In this document: piece after piece, positions 45,756-54,174 of the stretch | Position numbering within the stretch: the first letter of the stretch is position 1 | Layout: every line of letters begins with the position of its first letter | Source: Escherichia coli | Lineage (GTDB): Bacteria; Pseudomonadota; Gammaproteobacteria; Enterobacterales; Enterobacteriaceae | Length of the DNA: 64,000 nt | Reading direction: 5' to 3' (one strand) | Assembly (NCBI RefSeq): GCF_024700885.2 | Contig: NZ_CP117016.1 | Translations under genes and position numbers: made by a program | Notes under the pieces: generated by a model | What the model was told of the DNA's origin: nothing | Seen by the model: the letters and a program-made list of their open reading frames with translations, nothing else | Database searches by the model: none

Positions 45756-46718
45756 ATGAGCAGCAAGCTTCATGGTCTTGTCTGGGAAGGGTGCGCCTTC
45801 ACCGGCATGATCTTATCCAGGGTGGCGGTTATGGCCCGTCTTGCAGACTACAGCAATGACGAGGGCGTGTCATGGCCTGCCATTGAAACTATCCGGCGTC
45901 AGATCGGTGCAAGAAGTGAATCCACAGTGAAATCGGCTATTGCAGAACTGGCGAAAGAGGGCTGGCTGACGAAGGAAGAGCGTAAGGTCGGTGGGCGTAA
46001 TGTAAGCAATATCTATCGGCTTAATGTGGAAAAACTCGAAGCAGCTGCGGCGGCGGCGCGTGAGTCATATAAACCGAAAAGAAAAATTAGCCCGGCAAAA
46101 AATGACCCGTTAACAGTTGACCCGTCAAATATTGACCCCTCAACGGTTGACCCGTCAAATTTTGATGGATCAACTGTTGATAAAAAACTGCCGATTAGGG
46201 GGCCGATGATTGACCCCGATCCGTCAGTATTAAAACCTGATCCGTCAGATAAAAGATCTTCTTGTCCGGACGCTTCGCAACCGGACCCGCAGACGGCTGA
46301 ACAGGATTTTTTAACCCGACACCCTGACGCGGTTGTGTTCAGTGCGAAAAAACGCCAGTGGGGAAGTCAGGAAGATTTGGTGTGCGCACAGTGGATCTGG
46401 GGACGAATCGTGAGTCTTTACGAGCAGGCGGCCAGCTATGATGGCGAGATCACTAGACCGAAAGAACCCAACTGGACAGCATGGGCCAATGACGTTCGCA
46501 CAATGCGGATGCTGGATGGCAGAACTCACAGACAAATTTGTGAAATGTTTGGGCGTCTCCAGCGGGATTCGTTCTGGGTAAAAAACATCATGAGTCCGGC
46601 AAAACTCCGGGAAAAATGGGATGAACTGGTTATCCGCCTGGGGCGTTCGCCTGCGCAGCGTTGCGTGAATCACATTTCTGAACCGGACACTGAAATACCG
46701 CCGGGATTCAGGGGGTGA
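45756..46718 (+). CDS. replication initiator (phage O-like, N-terminal HTH)
   Basis: ORF 45741..46718; ATG at 45756; N-terminal HTH; contains internal iterons (next feature). Confidence 0.7.
   Translation: MSSKLHGLVWEGCAFTGMILSRVAVMARLADYSNDEGVSWPAIETIRRQIGARSESTVKSAIAELAKEGWLTKEERKVGGRNVSNIYRLNVEKLEAAAAAARESYKPKRKISPAKNDPLTVDPSNIDPSTVDPSNFDGSTVDKKLPIRGPMIDPDPSVLKPDPSDKRSSCPDASQPDPQTAEQDFLTRHPDAVVFSAKKRQWGSQEDLVCAQWIWGRIVSLYEQAASYDGEITRPKEPNWTAWANDVRTMRMLDGRTHRQICEMFGRLQRDSFWVKNIMSPAKLREKWDELVIRLGRSPAQRCVNHISEPDTEIPPGFRG
46100..46180 (+). repeat. candidate origin iterons inside the O-like gene
   Basis: Four ~18-bp direct repeats (ccgttaacagttgac / ccgtcaaatattgac / ccctcaacggttgac / ccgtcaaattttgat) followed by an A/T-rich stretch; encode the peptide repeat DPLTVDPSNIDPSTVDPSNFD. 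Confidence 0.65.
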
Positions 46719-46724
46719 CGTGTC

Positions 46725-47471
46725 ATGAAAAACATTGCGGCAGTTGGGGTTCTTGAACGTATTCGCAGACTTGCACCACAGGGGTCGGTTCCACCGTACC
46801 GGACGGTGGAGGAGTGGCGGGAATGGCAACTTGCTGAAGGACGAAAACGCAGCGAGGAGATTAACCGCCAGAATCGCCAGTTGCGGGTGGAAAAAATCCT
46901 GAATCGTTCGGGCATCCAGCCTCTGCACAGCAAATGCTCGTTTGCAAATTATCAGGTGCAGAACGACGGGCAAAAATACGCGCTGAGCCAGGCCAAATCC
47001 ATAGCTGACGAACTGATGACCGGGTGCACGAATTTTGTGTTCAGCGGTAAAACCGGCACCGGGAAAAATCACCTTGCAGCGGCGATGGGCAACCGGCTGA
47101 TGGTGAAGGGGCGCAGCGTGATTATCGTCACCGTGTCTGACGTCATGAGCGTGTTGCATGACAGCTACGACAACGGCAAATCCGGGGAAAAATTTTTACA
47201 GGAGCTTTGCGGGGTTGATTTGCTGGTCCTGGATGAAATAGGCGTTCAGCGGGAGACGAAAAACGAGCAGGTGGTATTGCACCAGATAATTGATCGCCGG
47301 ACAGCATCACTGTGCAGTGTCGGGATGTTAACAAACCTGAATCATGCCGCAATGAGTACGCTTCTTGGTGAGAGGATTATGGACCGCATGACCATGAACG
47401 GTGGTCGATGGGTGACGTTTAACTGGGATAGCTGGCGTCCAAATGTCAGCAATATGAGGGTTGTGAAGTAA
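46725..47471 (+). CDS. DnaC/IstB-like AAA+ helicase loader
   Basis: 248-aa ORF with Walker A (GKTGTGKNHLAAA) and Walker B (LLVLDEIG). Confidence 0.8.
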   Translation: MKNIAAVGVLERIRRLAPQGSVPPYRTVEEWREWQLAEGRKRSEEINRQNRQLRVEKILNRSGIQPLHSKCSFANYQVQNDGQKYALSQAKSIADELMTGCTNFVFSGKTGTGKNHLAAAMGNRLMVKGRSVIIVTVSDVMSVLHDSYDNGKSGEKFLQELCGVDLLVLDEIGVQRETKNEQVVLHQIIDRRTASLCSVGMLTNLNHAAMSTLLGERIMDRMTMNGGRWVTFNWDSWRPNVSNMRVVK

Positions 47472-47492
47472 TTTTGTCCGGAGGAAATTTTA

Positions 47493-48263
47493 ATGGAAAC
47501 CGTATCTGACGCACTGAAAGCACTGAAAAAAGCCTCTTCACATGTGGTGGCAGCTCGCCTTGGAATCAGTCGTGAAGAGGCTGTCAACGAGCTGTGGGAA
47601 CTCAAAAGAAATGGCGTCGTTGATAAAACTGGTCACACCTGGTTTCTGGCTGGCGAAGGTGAATCCCGGGTAACCGAAGAGCGGCCAGTAAAATCTGAAG
47701 CACAGGATATGCTGACCGGGGAGGTCGAACAAAAAGTTACCGCAGACATGATGATTGAGTTTATCGGTCAGGATGGGGCTAAAACGTGTGAGGAACTGGC
47801 GGGTAAGTTCGGTGTCAGTACTCGCAAGGTTGCTTCCACGCTGGCGGTGGTAACCGCAACGGGGCGGCTGGCACGCGTTAATCAGAACGGTAAATTTCGT
47901 TACTGCATGCCGGGCGATAATTTACCAGCAGAGCCGAAAGCCGCGCTGGTAACGGAAAGTGATGGTAAGGCCTTTCCTCAGCCAGCAGGTGCTGCGTTAC
48001 CAGTCCGGGAAGCCGCAACACAGGAAGAAATTAAAACAGAAACTGTGGCGGACATTGTGCAGCCGTTGCCATCGTTTACCGAAACGCAAGCAGATGAGCT
48101 GATTTTTCCGTCCCTTCGCAGGGCAAACCTGGCGCTGCGCAGGGCGAAAAGTGATGTTCAGAAGTGGGAGCGAGTCTGCGCCGCGCTGCGGGAGCTGAAC
48201 AAGCACCGGGATATTGTTCGACAGATTACTGATTCTTCCCGCCGTGTTGTATCGGAAAAGTGA
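47493..48263 (+). CDS. hypothetical phage protein
   Basis: 256-aa ORF with N-terminal winged-helix-like segment; nin-region position. Confidence 0.5.
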   Translation: METVSDALKALKKASSHVVAARLGISREEAVNELWELKRNGVVDKTGHTWFLAGEGESRVTEERPVKSEAQDMLTGEVEQKVTADMMIEFIGQDGAKTCEELAGKFGVSTRKVASTLAVVTATGRLARVNQNGKFRYCMPGDNLPAEPKAALVTESDGKAFPQPAGAALPVREAATQEEIKTETVADIVQPLPSFTETQADELIFPSLRRANLALRRAKSDVQKWERVCAALRELNKHRDIVRQITDSSRRVVSEK

Positions 48264-48278
48264 TTGCCGGAGGCGCTT

Positions 48279-48701
48279 ATGGCAAAAGTATTTACACAAG
48301 AAGAGCGGGAAAAAATTAAAGGGCAGGTTGTTGAACTTGTACGTCTGAGCGGTCGCGAGACGTTGCGGCAACTGGAAGCCAAGACAGGTGCGACAAGATA
48401 TCTGATGAGTGTTCTCGCCAGAGAGCTGGTTGCCAGTGGCGATGTATACAACTCTGTTTACGGGTTATTCCCGTCTGAACAGGCGCGTAAGGACTGGCAA
48501 AACGCCCGCAAAAAACTCTCAAGGGCAAATCTGAAGAAACCATCTGTGGTTGATCCTGACCTTATCTGGACATTACCCGACGGAGAAATACGCCGCTACG
48601 ACAGGCGTATGAACATAATCTGTCGCGAGTGCCGGAAGAGTGAAGTTATGCAGCGCATATTGTCGTTTTATCAGGGTGATGTTCGGTATTTATTGAAGTG
48701 A
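48279..48701 (+). CDS. hypothetical phage protein
   Basis: ORF 48264..48701; ATG at 48279 preceded by GGAGG; C-terminal CxxC (ICRECRK). Confidence 0.5.
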   Translation: MAKVFTQEEREKIKGQVVELVRLSGRETLRQLEAKTGATRYLMSVLARELVASGDVYNSVYGLFPSEQARKDWQNARKKLSRANLKKPSVVDPDLIWTLPDGEIRRYDRRMNIICRECRKSEVMQRILSFYQGDVRYLLK

Positions 48702-48868
48702 CGAGATTAAAGTGCATTAGTTCAGATGCAAATTGACATTTTGTGGCACAGGGTAGAGCTAGCGTGGTTGTCCGCTTTGTGCCAGAAGCGGACATAGCAG
48801 GTGCCAGATGCATTTGTTATTCTTCATTGAATTGAGCAGTATCCTTAACAGGAACTCTGAATACATAA

Positions 48869-49507
48869 ATGAAGATGAAAAACATGTCTGAAGTGTTGAC
48901 CCAAGAAAAGCTTATTTTTGTTGCCCAGAGACTAAATGCCCTCGCGCAGTCAGGCCTGACCTATTCAAAAGACGTCTTTGACAAGGAACGCTATGAAGCC
49001 TTGCGTGAAATTGCCGCTGGACTGCTGAGTTCGCAGTTTGATATTAGCCGCAATGATTTGTTTCATGTATCGGAAACGGGTTACGCGACGCCCAAAACAG
49101 ATGTGCGTGCGTTTATCCTGCGTAATAATCGTATTCTGATGGTGAAAGAGGCTGCAGATGGATTATGGAGTCTTCCTGGCGGATGGGCAGATGTTGGAGA
49201 TACACCTTCTGAAGCTGTGCGTCGAGAGGTCGAAGAAGAAACCGGATTAAAAGTCAGAGTGACTAAACTATTGGGAGTTTGGGATCGTAATCTTCACGGC
49301 CATCCGCCTTTACCCTGGCATGTTTACAAGCTGATTTTTCTCTGTGAAGAAGTAGGTGGCAGCCTGTCAATCAGCCATGAGTCACTCGATGCTGATTTTT
49401 TTGATGTCAACGACCTGCCTGAATTGTCGCTTTCAAGAATTGTGCCTGAGCAGATTGCTGTCAGCCTGAGAGTAGCGAAAGGTGATGAAAAAACATGGTT
49501 TGATTAA
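48869..49507 (+). CDS. NUDIX hydrolase with N-terminal extension
   Basis: 212-aa ORF with canonical Nudix box GGWADVGDTPSEAVRREVEEETGL (GX5EX7REUXEEXGU). Confidence 0.8.
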   Translation: MKMKNMSEVLTQEKLIFVAQRLNALAQSGLTYSKDVFDKERYEALREIAAGLLSSQFDISRNDLFHVSETGYATPKTDVRAFILRNNRILMVKEAADGLWSLPGGWADVGDTPSEAVRREVEEETGLKVRVTKLLGVWDRNLHGHPPLPWHVYKLIFLCEEVGGSLSISHESLDADFFDVNDLPELSLSRIVPEQIAVSLRVAKGDEKTWFD

Positions 49508-49530
49508 CTTTCTTCTGCAACCATTAAGGA

Positions 49531-50175
49531 ATGGCAATGATATTCAACGCTAAGGGTTTTTTATTCGATATGGACGGTACGCTGGTTGATTCAACAGCCG
49601 TAGTGGAAAGCGTCTGGAGAGATTTTTGTGCAGAATACGGTCTTGATACTCAGGCTGTGATTGCTTACGCACACGGGCGGCAAACGATTGATACACTGAC
49701 GCATTTTATTGGTGCAGGTGAGAAAACCAATAAAATCGCGGCCTCACTCGAAGAGGTTGAAATCAACACGACAGAAGGCGTTACTGAAGTAAAAGGGGCC
49801 GCTGCACTCTTATCAAAACTGCCACCGGATAGCTGGGCACTTGTTACTTCTGCAGGCAGAATGCTTGCCGAAAACAGGATGAAAGCGGCTAATCTCCCCT
49901 TACCCATAGTAATGGTGTGTGCAGAAGATGTAATGACGGGAAAACCAAGTCCCGAGGGTTACATCAAAGCAGCTTTGGCTTTGGGCCTTGAGCCTGGTGA
50001 ATGCGTGGTATTTGAGGATGCATCTGCGGGTATAAAAGCAGGGCTGGCAAGTGGAGCTTCGGTAATAGCTGTTCAGCCTGACGCTCTGGGATCATCTGAA
50101 GCCCATGCCGTCAGCGAGCTGTCTGACATTATGGTCAAGATTTCCGGAGAACGTTTCAATATCATCTGTGGTTAA
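49531..50175 (+). CDS. HAD-superfamily phosphatase
   Basis: 214-aa ORF with motif I FDMDGTLVDS and downstream HAD motifs; AAGGA Shine-Dalgarno. Confidence 0.8.
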   Translation: MAMIFNAKGFLFDMDGTLVDSTAVVESVWRDFCAEYGLDTQAVIAYAHGRQTIDTLTHFIGAGEKTNKIAASLEEVEINTTEGVTEVKGAAALLSKLPPDSWALVTSAGRMLAENRMKAANLPLPIVMVCAEDVMTGKPSPEGYIKAALALGLEPGECVVFEDASAGIKAGLASGASVIAVQPDALGSSEAHAVSELSDIMVKISGERFNIICG

Positions 50176-50438
50176 TCACGTTACACAATACGCATCAATG
50201 GACGCTGAGTAGTTCGCGAGTTTTAAACTTCCAACGTCCGCTTTTCGCTCAAAGCGGACTAGAAGGTTAGCTTGCGTCGGACTTGGCGTATTTAAAGAAG
50301 TGCTGGTGGTGACTGGTTGTTGTGTTCCATTTCTACAGAACAAAATCACAGAAACTATACCCAATAGTTGTATTGAATCACTGACGAGACAGCCTCATAT
50401 TTATCAGGACTGGTGTACGTCCAATACAGGAGGTTGTG

Positions 50439-50528
50439 GTGCTGGTTCTCAAATGTGCGCTGGCTATTGCTGCTGTAATGGCAATTTATTGCCTTGCTGT
50501 TGTTCTTATGGATCGCCTTTCTGATTGA
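50439..50528 (+). CDS. candidate small hydrophobic peptide (29 aa)
   Basis: AGGAGG (50428-50433) followed by GTG at 50439; MLVLKCALAIAAVMAIYCLAVVLMDRLSD; one predicted TM helix; not in the ORF track (below length cutoff). Confidence 0.25.
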   Translation: MLVLKCALAIAAVMAIYCLAVVLMDRLSD

Positions 50529-50739
50529 TTTCATATTGGCGAGGTGACGGGAGTTAAGTAGAATGGCTGCGGGTGCTTGAGGCTATCTGTCTCAGGCATG
50601 AACACCAAAGGCAGATAGAGAAAAGCCCCAGTTAACATTACGCGTCCTGCAAGACGCTTAACATTAATCTGAGGCCATATCTATGCTCTACACACGTAGG
50701 TTAGCCTCTTACGTGCCGAAAGGCAAGGAGAAGCAGGCT

Positions 50740-50895
50740 ATGAAGCAGCAAAAGGCGATGCTAATCGCCCTGATCGTCATCTGTTTAACCGTCATGGTGA
50801 CGGCACTGGTAACGAGGAAAGACCTCTGCGAGGTACGAATCCGAACCGGCCAGACGGAGGTCGCTGTCTTCACAGCTTACGAACCTGAGGAGTAA
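50740..50895 (+). CDS. hok: Hok/Gef-family type I toxin
   Basis: MKQQKAMLIALIVICLTVMVTALVTRKDLCEVRIRTGQTEVAVFTAYEPEE (51 aa) with AAGGAG Shine-Dalgarno; the in-frame upstream extension from 50683 may be a mok-like leader frame. Confidence 0.85.
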   Translation: MKQQKAMLIALIVICLTVMVTALVTRKDLCEVRIRTGQTEVAVFTAYEPEE

Positions 50896-50965
50896 GAGAC
50901 CCGGCGGGGGAGAAATCCCTCGCCACCGCTGATGTGTCAGGCATCCTCAACGCACCCGCACTTAA

Positions 50966-50990
50966 CCCGCTTCGGCGGGTTTTGTTTTTT
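50966..50990 (+). terminator. terminator downstream of hok
   Basis: Stem cccgc/gcggg with ttcg loop followed by a T-rich run. Confidence 0.65.
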
Positions 50991-51062
50991 CTGGTCGTTC
51001 TGGTTTACAATCCATCCGTCAGCCTGAACAACTGGCACCTGCTGCGCCAGCAGAGAAAACAG

Positions 51063-51341
51063 ATGGCGCACGATACCAAATTTTACAATTCGGATAACTC
51101 TGCCGCCCCTGCCAGCAGGCACGGGCGGCGTTCTCATGCATTCAAATCTGACTGGTATCAGCACGACCCCTGCACCGAAGAACAGGCTGAATGGCTCATT
51201 CAGTGTTACCGCAGGCGCGGATGCGAGGTTAAAAAAGCCCTTAGCCTCGACTACCGTCACTGGATAATCTCCGTCAGGCTCCCTTACTCAGAACGGCCAG
51301 CGCGTCCGTCCCGCACATTCCAGCAACGGATCTGGAGGTAA
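51063..51341 (+). CDS. hypothetical phage protein
   Basis: ORF 50934..51341; the Met at 51063 lies after the terminator; 92 aa. Confidence 0.4.
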   Translation: MAHDTKFYNSDNSAAPASRHGRRSHAFKSDWYQHDPCTEEQAEWLIQCYRRRGCEVKKALSLDYRHWIISVRLPYSERPARPSRTFQQRIWR

Positions 51342-51342
51342 T

Positions 51343-52401
51343 GTGCGGGTATTACTTCGACCTGTTCTGGTACCGGAACTCGGTCTGGTTATCGTTAAGC
51401 CAGGCCGTGAATCAATGTCAGCATTCCATAACGGCAGAATACTGGTGGAGCCGGAACCAAAAAGCATGCGTAATCTGCCGTCCGGGGTCGTTCCTGCCGC
51501 TCGCCAGCCGCTGGTGGAAGACAAAACATTGCTGCCGTTTTTCAGTAACGCACGGGTGATTCGTGCTGCTGGTGGTGCTGGTGCATTGTCTGACTGGCTG
51601 TTGCGCCATATTAAATCCTGCCAGTGGCCACACGGCGATTATCATCACAGCGAAACCGTCATTCACCGTTATGGTACCGGCGCAATGGTGTTGTGCTGGC
51701 ACTGCGACAACCAGCTGCGTGACCAGACATCCGAATCACTCGGGCAACTTGCTCATCAAAACCTGTCAGCATGGATGATTGACGTCATCGGTCACGCAAT
51801 AAGCGGTACGCAGGAGCGTGAATTATCTCTGGCTGAATTATCCTGGTGGGCGGTCCGCAATCAGGTGGCGGACGCGCTACCGGAAGCGGTATTACGTCGT
51901 TCGCTGGGGTTGCGTGCGGAAAAAATTCGCTCTGTGTACAGTGAAAGCGACATCATACCGGGAGAGCAGACCGCCACCAGCATACTGAAGCAGCGCACAA
52001 AAAATATTGCGTTACTGCCTCACGTCCACCAGCAACAGAACCCACCACAGGAAAAGACGGTGGTCAGCATTGCCGTTGATCCGGAGTCACCGGCTCAGTA
52101 TCTCCAGCGCCAGAAATCACAACGGGAAGAGATGCCTGTATACACGCGCTGGGTAAAAACGCAGAAATGCATGACGTGTGGCAATCAGGCAGATGATCCG
52201 CATCACATCATTGGTCATGGACTGGGAGGGATGGGAACAAAGGCTGATGATTTGTTTGTTATTCCGTTATGCCGTAAATGCCGTAACGAACTACATGCCG
52301 GAGTAAAAGATTTTGAAGAGAAACACGGCAGTCAGCTGTTGTTGCTGATTCGTTTTTTAATGCACGCGAGAAATTCGGGTGTTCTGAAGTGGAAAGCATA
52401 A
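51343..52401 (+). CDS. DUF968-family protein (YdfU-like) with C-terminal HNH-like Cys/His motif
   Basis: 352-aa ORF, GTG start with GGAGG; C-terminus KCMTCGNQADDPHHIIGHG...CRKCRNELH. Confidence 0.6.
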   Translation: MRVLLRPVLVPELGLVIVKPGRESMSAFHNGRILVEPEPKSMRNLPSGVVPAARQPLVEDKTLLPFFSNARVIRAAGGAGALSDWLLRHIKSCQWPHGDYHHSETVIHRYGTGAMVLCWHCDNQLRDQTSESLGQLAHQNLSAWMIDVIGHAISGTQERELSLAELSWWAVRNQVADALPEAVLRRSLGLRAEKIRSVYSESDIIPGEQTATSILKQRTKNIALLPHVHQQQNPPQEKTVVSIAVDPESPAQYLQRQKSQREEMPVYTRWVKTQKCMTCGNQADDPHHIIGHGLGGMGTKADDLFVIPLCRKCRNELHAGVKDFEEKHGSQLLLLIRFLMHARNSGVLKWKA

Positions 52402-52782
52402 ATGACCGAGCGCATAGAATTTGTTTTACCTTACCCGCCGACGGTGAACACTTACTGGCGACGCCGTGGCAGCACATATTTTATCTCGGAGGAGGGAAAG
52501 CGTTATCGCCGGGCTGTGGCGCTTATTGTTCGCCAGCAGCGGCTGAAATTAAGCCTGTCCGGAAGGCTGGCGATAAAGGTGATTGCAGAGCCACCGGATA
52601 AGCGTCGTCGCGACCTGGACAATATCCTGAAAGCACCGCTGGATGCGCTGACGCATGCGGGAGTGTTAATGGACGATGAGCAGTTTGATGAAATCAATAT
52701 CGTTCGTGGTCAGCCAGTATCTGGTGGACGTCTGGGGGTGAAGATTTACCCCATAATGCATGAAGAGCAGGTCAAAAAATGA
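52402..52782 (+). CDS. rusA: Holliday junction resolvase RusA
   Basis: 126-aa ORF with the RusA-like pattern (LPYPPTVNTYWRRRG...RRRDLDN...). Confidence 0.8.
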   Translation: MTERIEFVLPYPPTVNTYWRRRGSTYFISEEGKRYRRAVALIVRQQRLKLSLSGRLAIKVIAEPPDKRRRDLDNILKAPLDALTHAGVLMDDEQFDEINIVRGQPVSGGRLGVKIYPIMHEEQVKK

Positions 52783-53600
52783 AACTGGAAGATTTACCGA
52801 AATACTACTCCCCAAAATCCCCTGGCCTGACCGATGCATCGGCCTCAACGTCAAAAGATGCGCTGAGTATCACTGATGTGATGGCCGCGCAGGGCATGAC
52901 ACAGAATCGGGCTGAGATGGGGTTTTCTGCGTTCCTGGGGAAAATGGGCATCAGTATGAATGACAGGGCGCGGGCAACAGAATTACTGGCAGATTATGCA
53001 CTCAGTCGGTGCGATCGTGTGGCGGCGTTGAGAAAACTTCCGGCAGAAATAAAACCGGTAGTGATGCGCATTATGGCTTCGTACGCTTTTGAGGATTATG
53101 CCCGCAGCGCAGCGAGTAAAAAGCAGTGCCCCTGTTGCCGAGGGGAAAAATTTATTGAAGGCGAAGTTTTTACAAACAAGGTTCAGTATCCGGATGGCAA
53201 GCCGCCAGTATGGGCAAAGTGTACGAAAGGTGTGTATCCGTCTTACTGGGAAGAATGGAAAAAAATTCGGGAGGTGGTGAAAGTTTCTTGTCCTGAATGT
53301 AAAGGGAAGGGGGAGATTTCCACTGCCTGTAAAGACTGCCGTGGGCGTGGTGTTGCCATTCATCGTGAAGAGTCGGTAAAACGTGGTATGCCTGTTATCA
53401 GAGACTGCCAGCGTTGTGGTGGTCGTGGCTGTGAAAGACTACCATCAACGGAGGCATTTAATGCCATACGCAAAGTGACGAGTGCTATCACGCTTGATAC
53501 GTGGAAAAAATCAGTGAAACGCTTTTACGATACGTTGGTGGTTCGGTTTGACATTGAAGAGGCATGGGCGGAGCGGCAGTTAAAGAGGGTAACGCGATAG
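52779..53600 (+). CDS. putative late-gene antiterminator Q (large, multi-CxxC type)
   Basis: 273-aa ORF with several CxxC pairs, immediately upstream of a PR'/tR'-like promoter-terminator pair. Confidence 0.55.
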   Translation: MKLEDLPKYYSPKSPGLTDASASTSKDALSITDVMAAQGMTQNRAEMGFSAFLGKMGISMNDRARATELLADYALSRCDRVAALRKLPAEIKPVVMRIMASYAFEDYARSAASKKQCPCCRGEKFIEGEVFTNKVQYPDGKPPVWAKCTKGVYPSYWEEWKKIREVVKVSCPECKGKGEISTACKDCRGRGVAIHREESVKRGMPVIRDCQRCGGRGCERLPSTEAFNAIRKVTSAITLDTWKKSVKRFYDTLVVRFDIEEAWAERQLKRVTR

Positions 53601-53605
53601 TGTTG

Positions 53606-53634
53606 TTGATTTTTCCCGAATCTGTGGTAAATTT
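53606..53634 (+). promoter_or_regulatory. putative late promoter PR'
   Basis: TTGATT (53606-53611), 16-bp spacer, TAAATT; located between Q and the tR'-like terminator. Confidence 0.45.
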
Positions 53635-53681
53635 GCTCTAACGATGGGCGTTTTATGCCTGACGTTAGAAGATTTTTTACA

Positions 53682-53705
53682 CCCCGCCGCCTGGCGGGTT
53701 TTTTA
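53682..53705 (+). terminator. tR'-like terminator downstream of PR'
   Basis: Stem ccccgcc/ggcggg followed by TTTTTTAT. Confidence 0.7.
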
Positions 53706-53826
53706 TGACTGAAATCGCGTCAGTACAGTAAACGCGCTGGTGGCGGTGAATACCTGTCTTTCAGCTTGCTGGCTTTTTCGACAAGAGTTATTGGTGTGTC
53801 ACGTTAACCGGAAAAGGGAAAAAGAC

Positions 53827-54024
53827 ATGCTAAAACAGCAGGATATGACAGAAACCGCCAGAGTGGTGTTTAATGAATTAAGCGTTACCGAACCGGCGAC
53901 AGTCGGGGAGATAGCGCAGAATACTTACCTTTCACGCGAACGCTGCCAGTTAATACTGACCCAGCTGGTTATGGCGGGTCTGGCAGACTATCAGTTCGGT
54001 TGTTACAGACGCCTTCAGTCCTGA
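53827..54024 (+). CDS. small winged-helix protein (possibly FaeA/PapI-like)
   Basis: ORF 53740..54024; Met at 53827 gives 65 aa with an HTH-like segment (ATVGEIAQNTYLSRERCQLILTQL). Confidence 0.4.
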   Translation: MLKQQDMTETARVVFNELSVTEPATVGEIAQNTYLSRERCQLILTQLVMAGLADYQFGCYRRLQS

Positions 54025-54035
54025 AGGCTTTTTTA
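54011..54035 (+). terminator. rho-independent terminator
   Basis: Stem gccttca/tgaaggc with gtcc loop followed by TTTTTT. Confidence 0.65.
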
Positions 54036-54174
54036 TTTGTGGTAAATGGGCGGCTGGTGGGTGTTAGGGGCACCCACCAGCCATCTGCTCATGCGTTGGG
54101 TTCACAAGCAAACCTCAGGCCCACTGCTTTGCGCAAAAGCAGAATGAGCCTATCAGAGACAGGCTTAATGATCC

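Noticed and set aside
50300-50524. 74-aa cysteine-rich ORF (…TGGCGAGSQMCAGYCCCNGNLLPCCCSYGSPF) that looks like a Cys-rich bacteriocin-like peptide
   Set aside because: No Shine-Dalgarno sequence; the Cys codons arise from a TGC/TGT-rich frame. The alternative frame over the same DNA has a strong AGGAGG and encodes a plausible 29-aa TM peptide, so the Cys-rich frame is most likely a shadow ORF.
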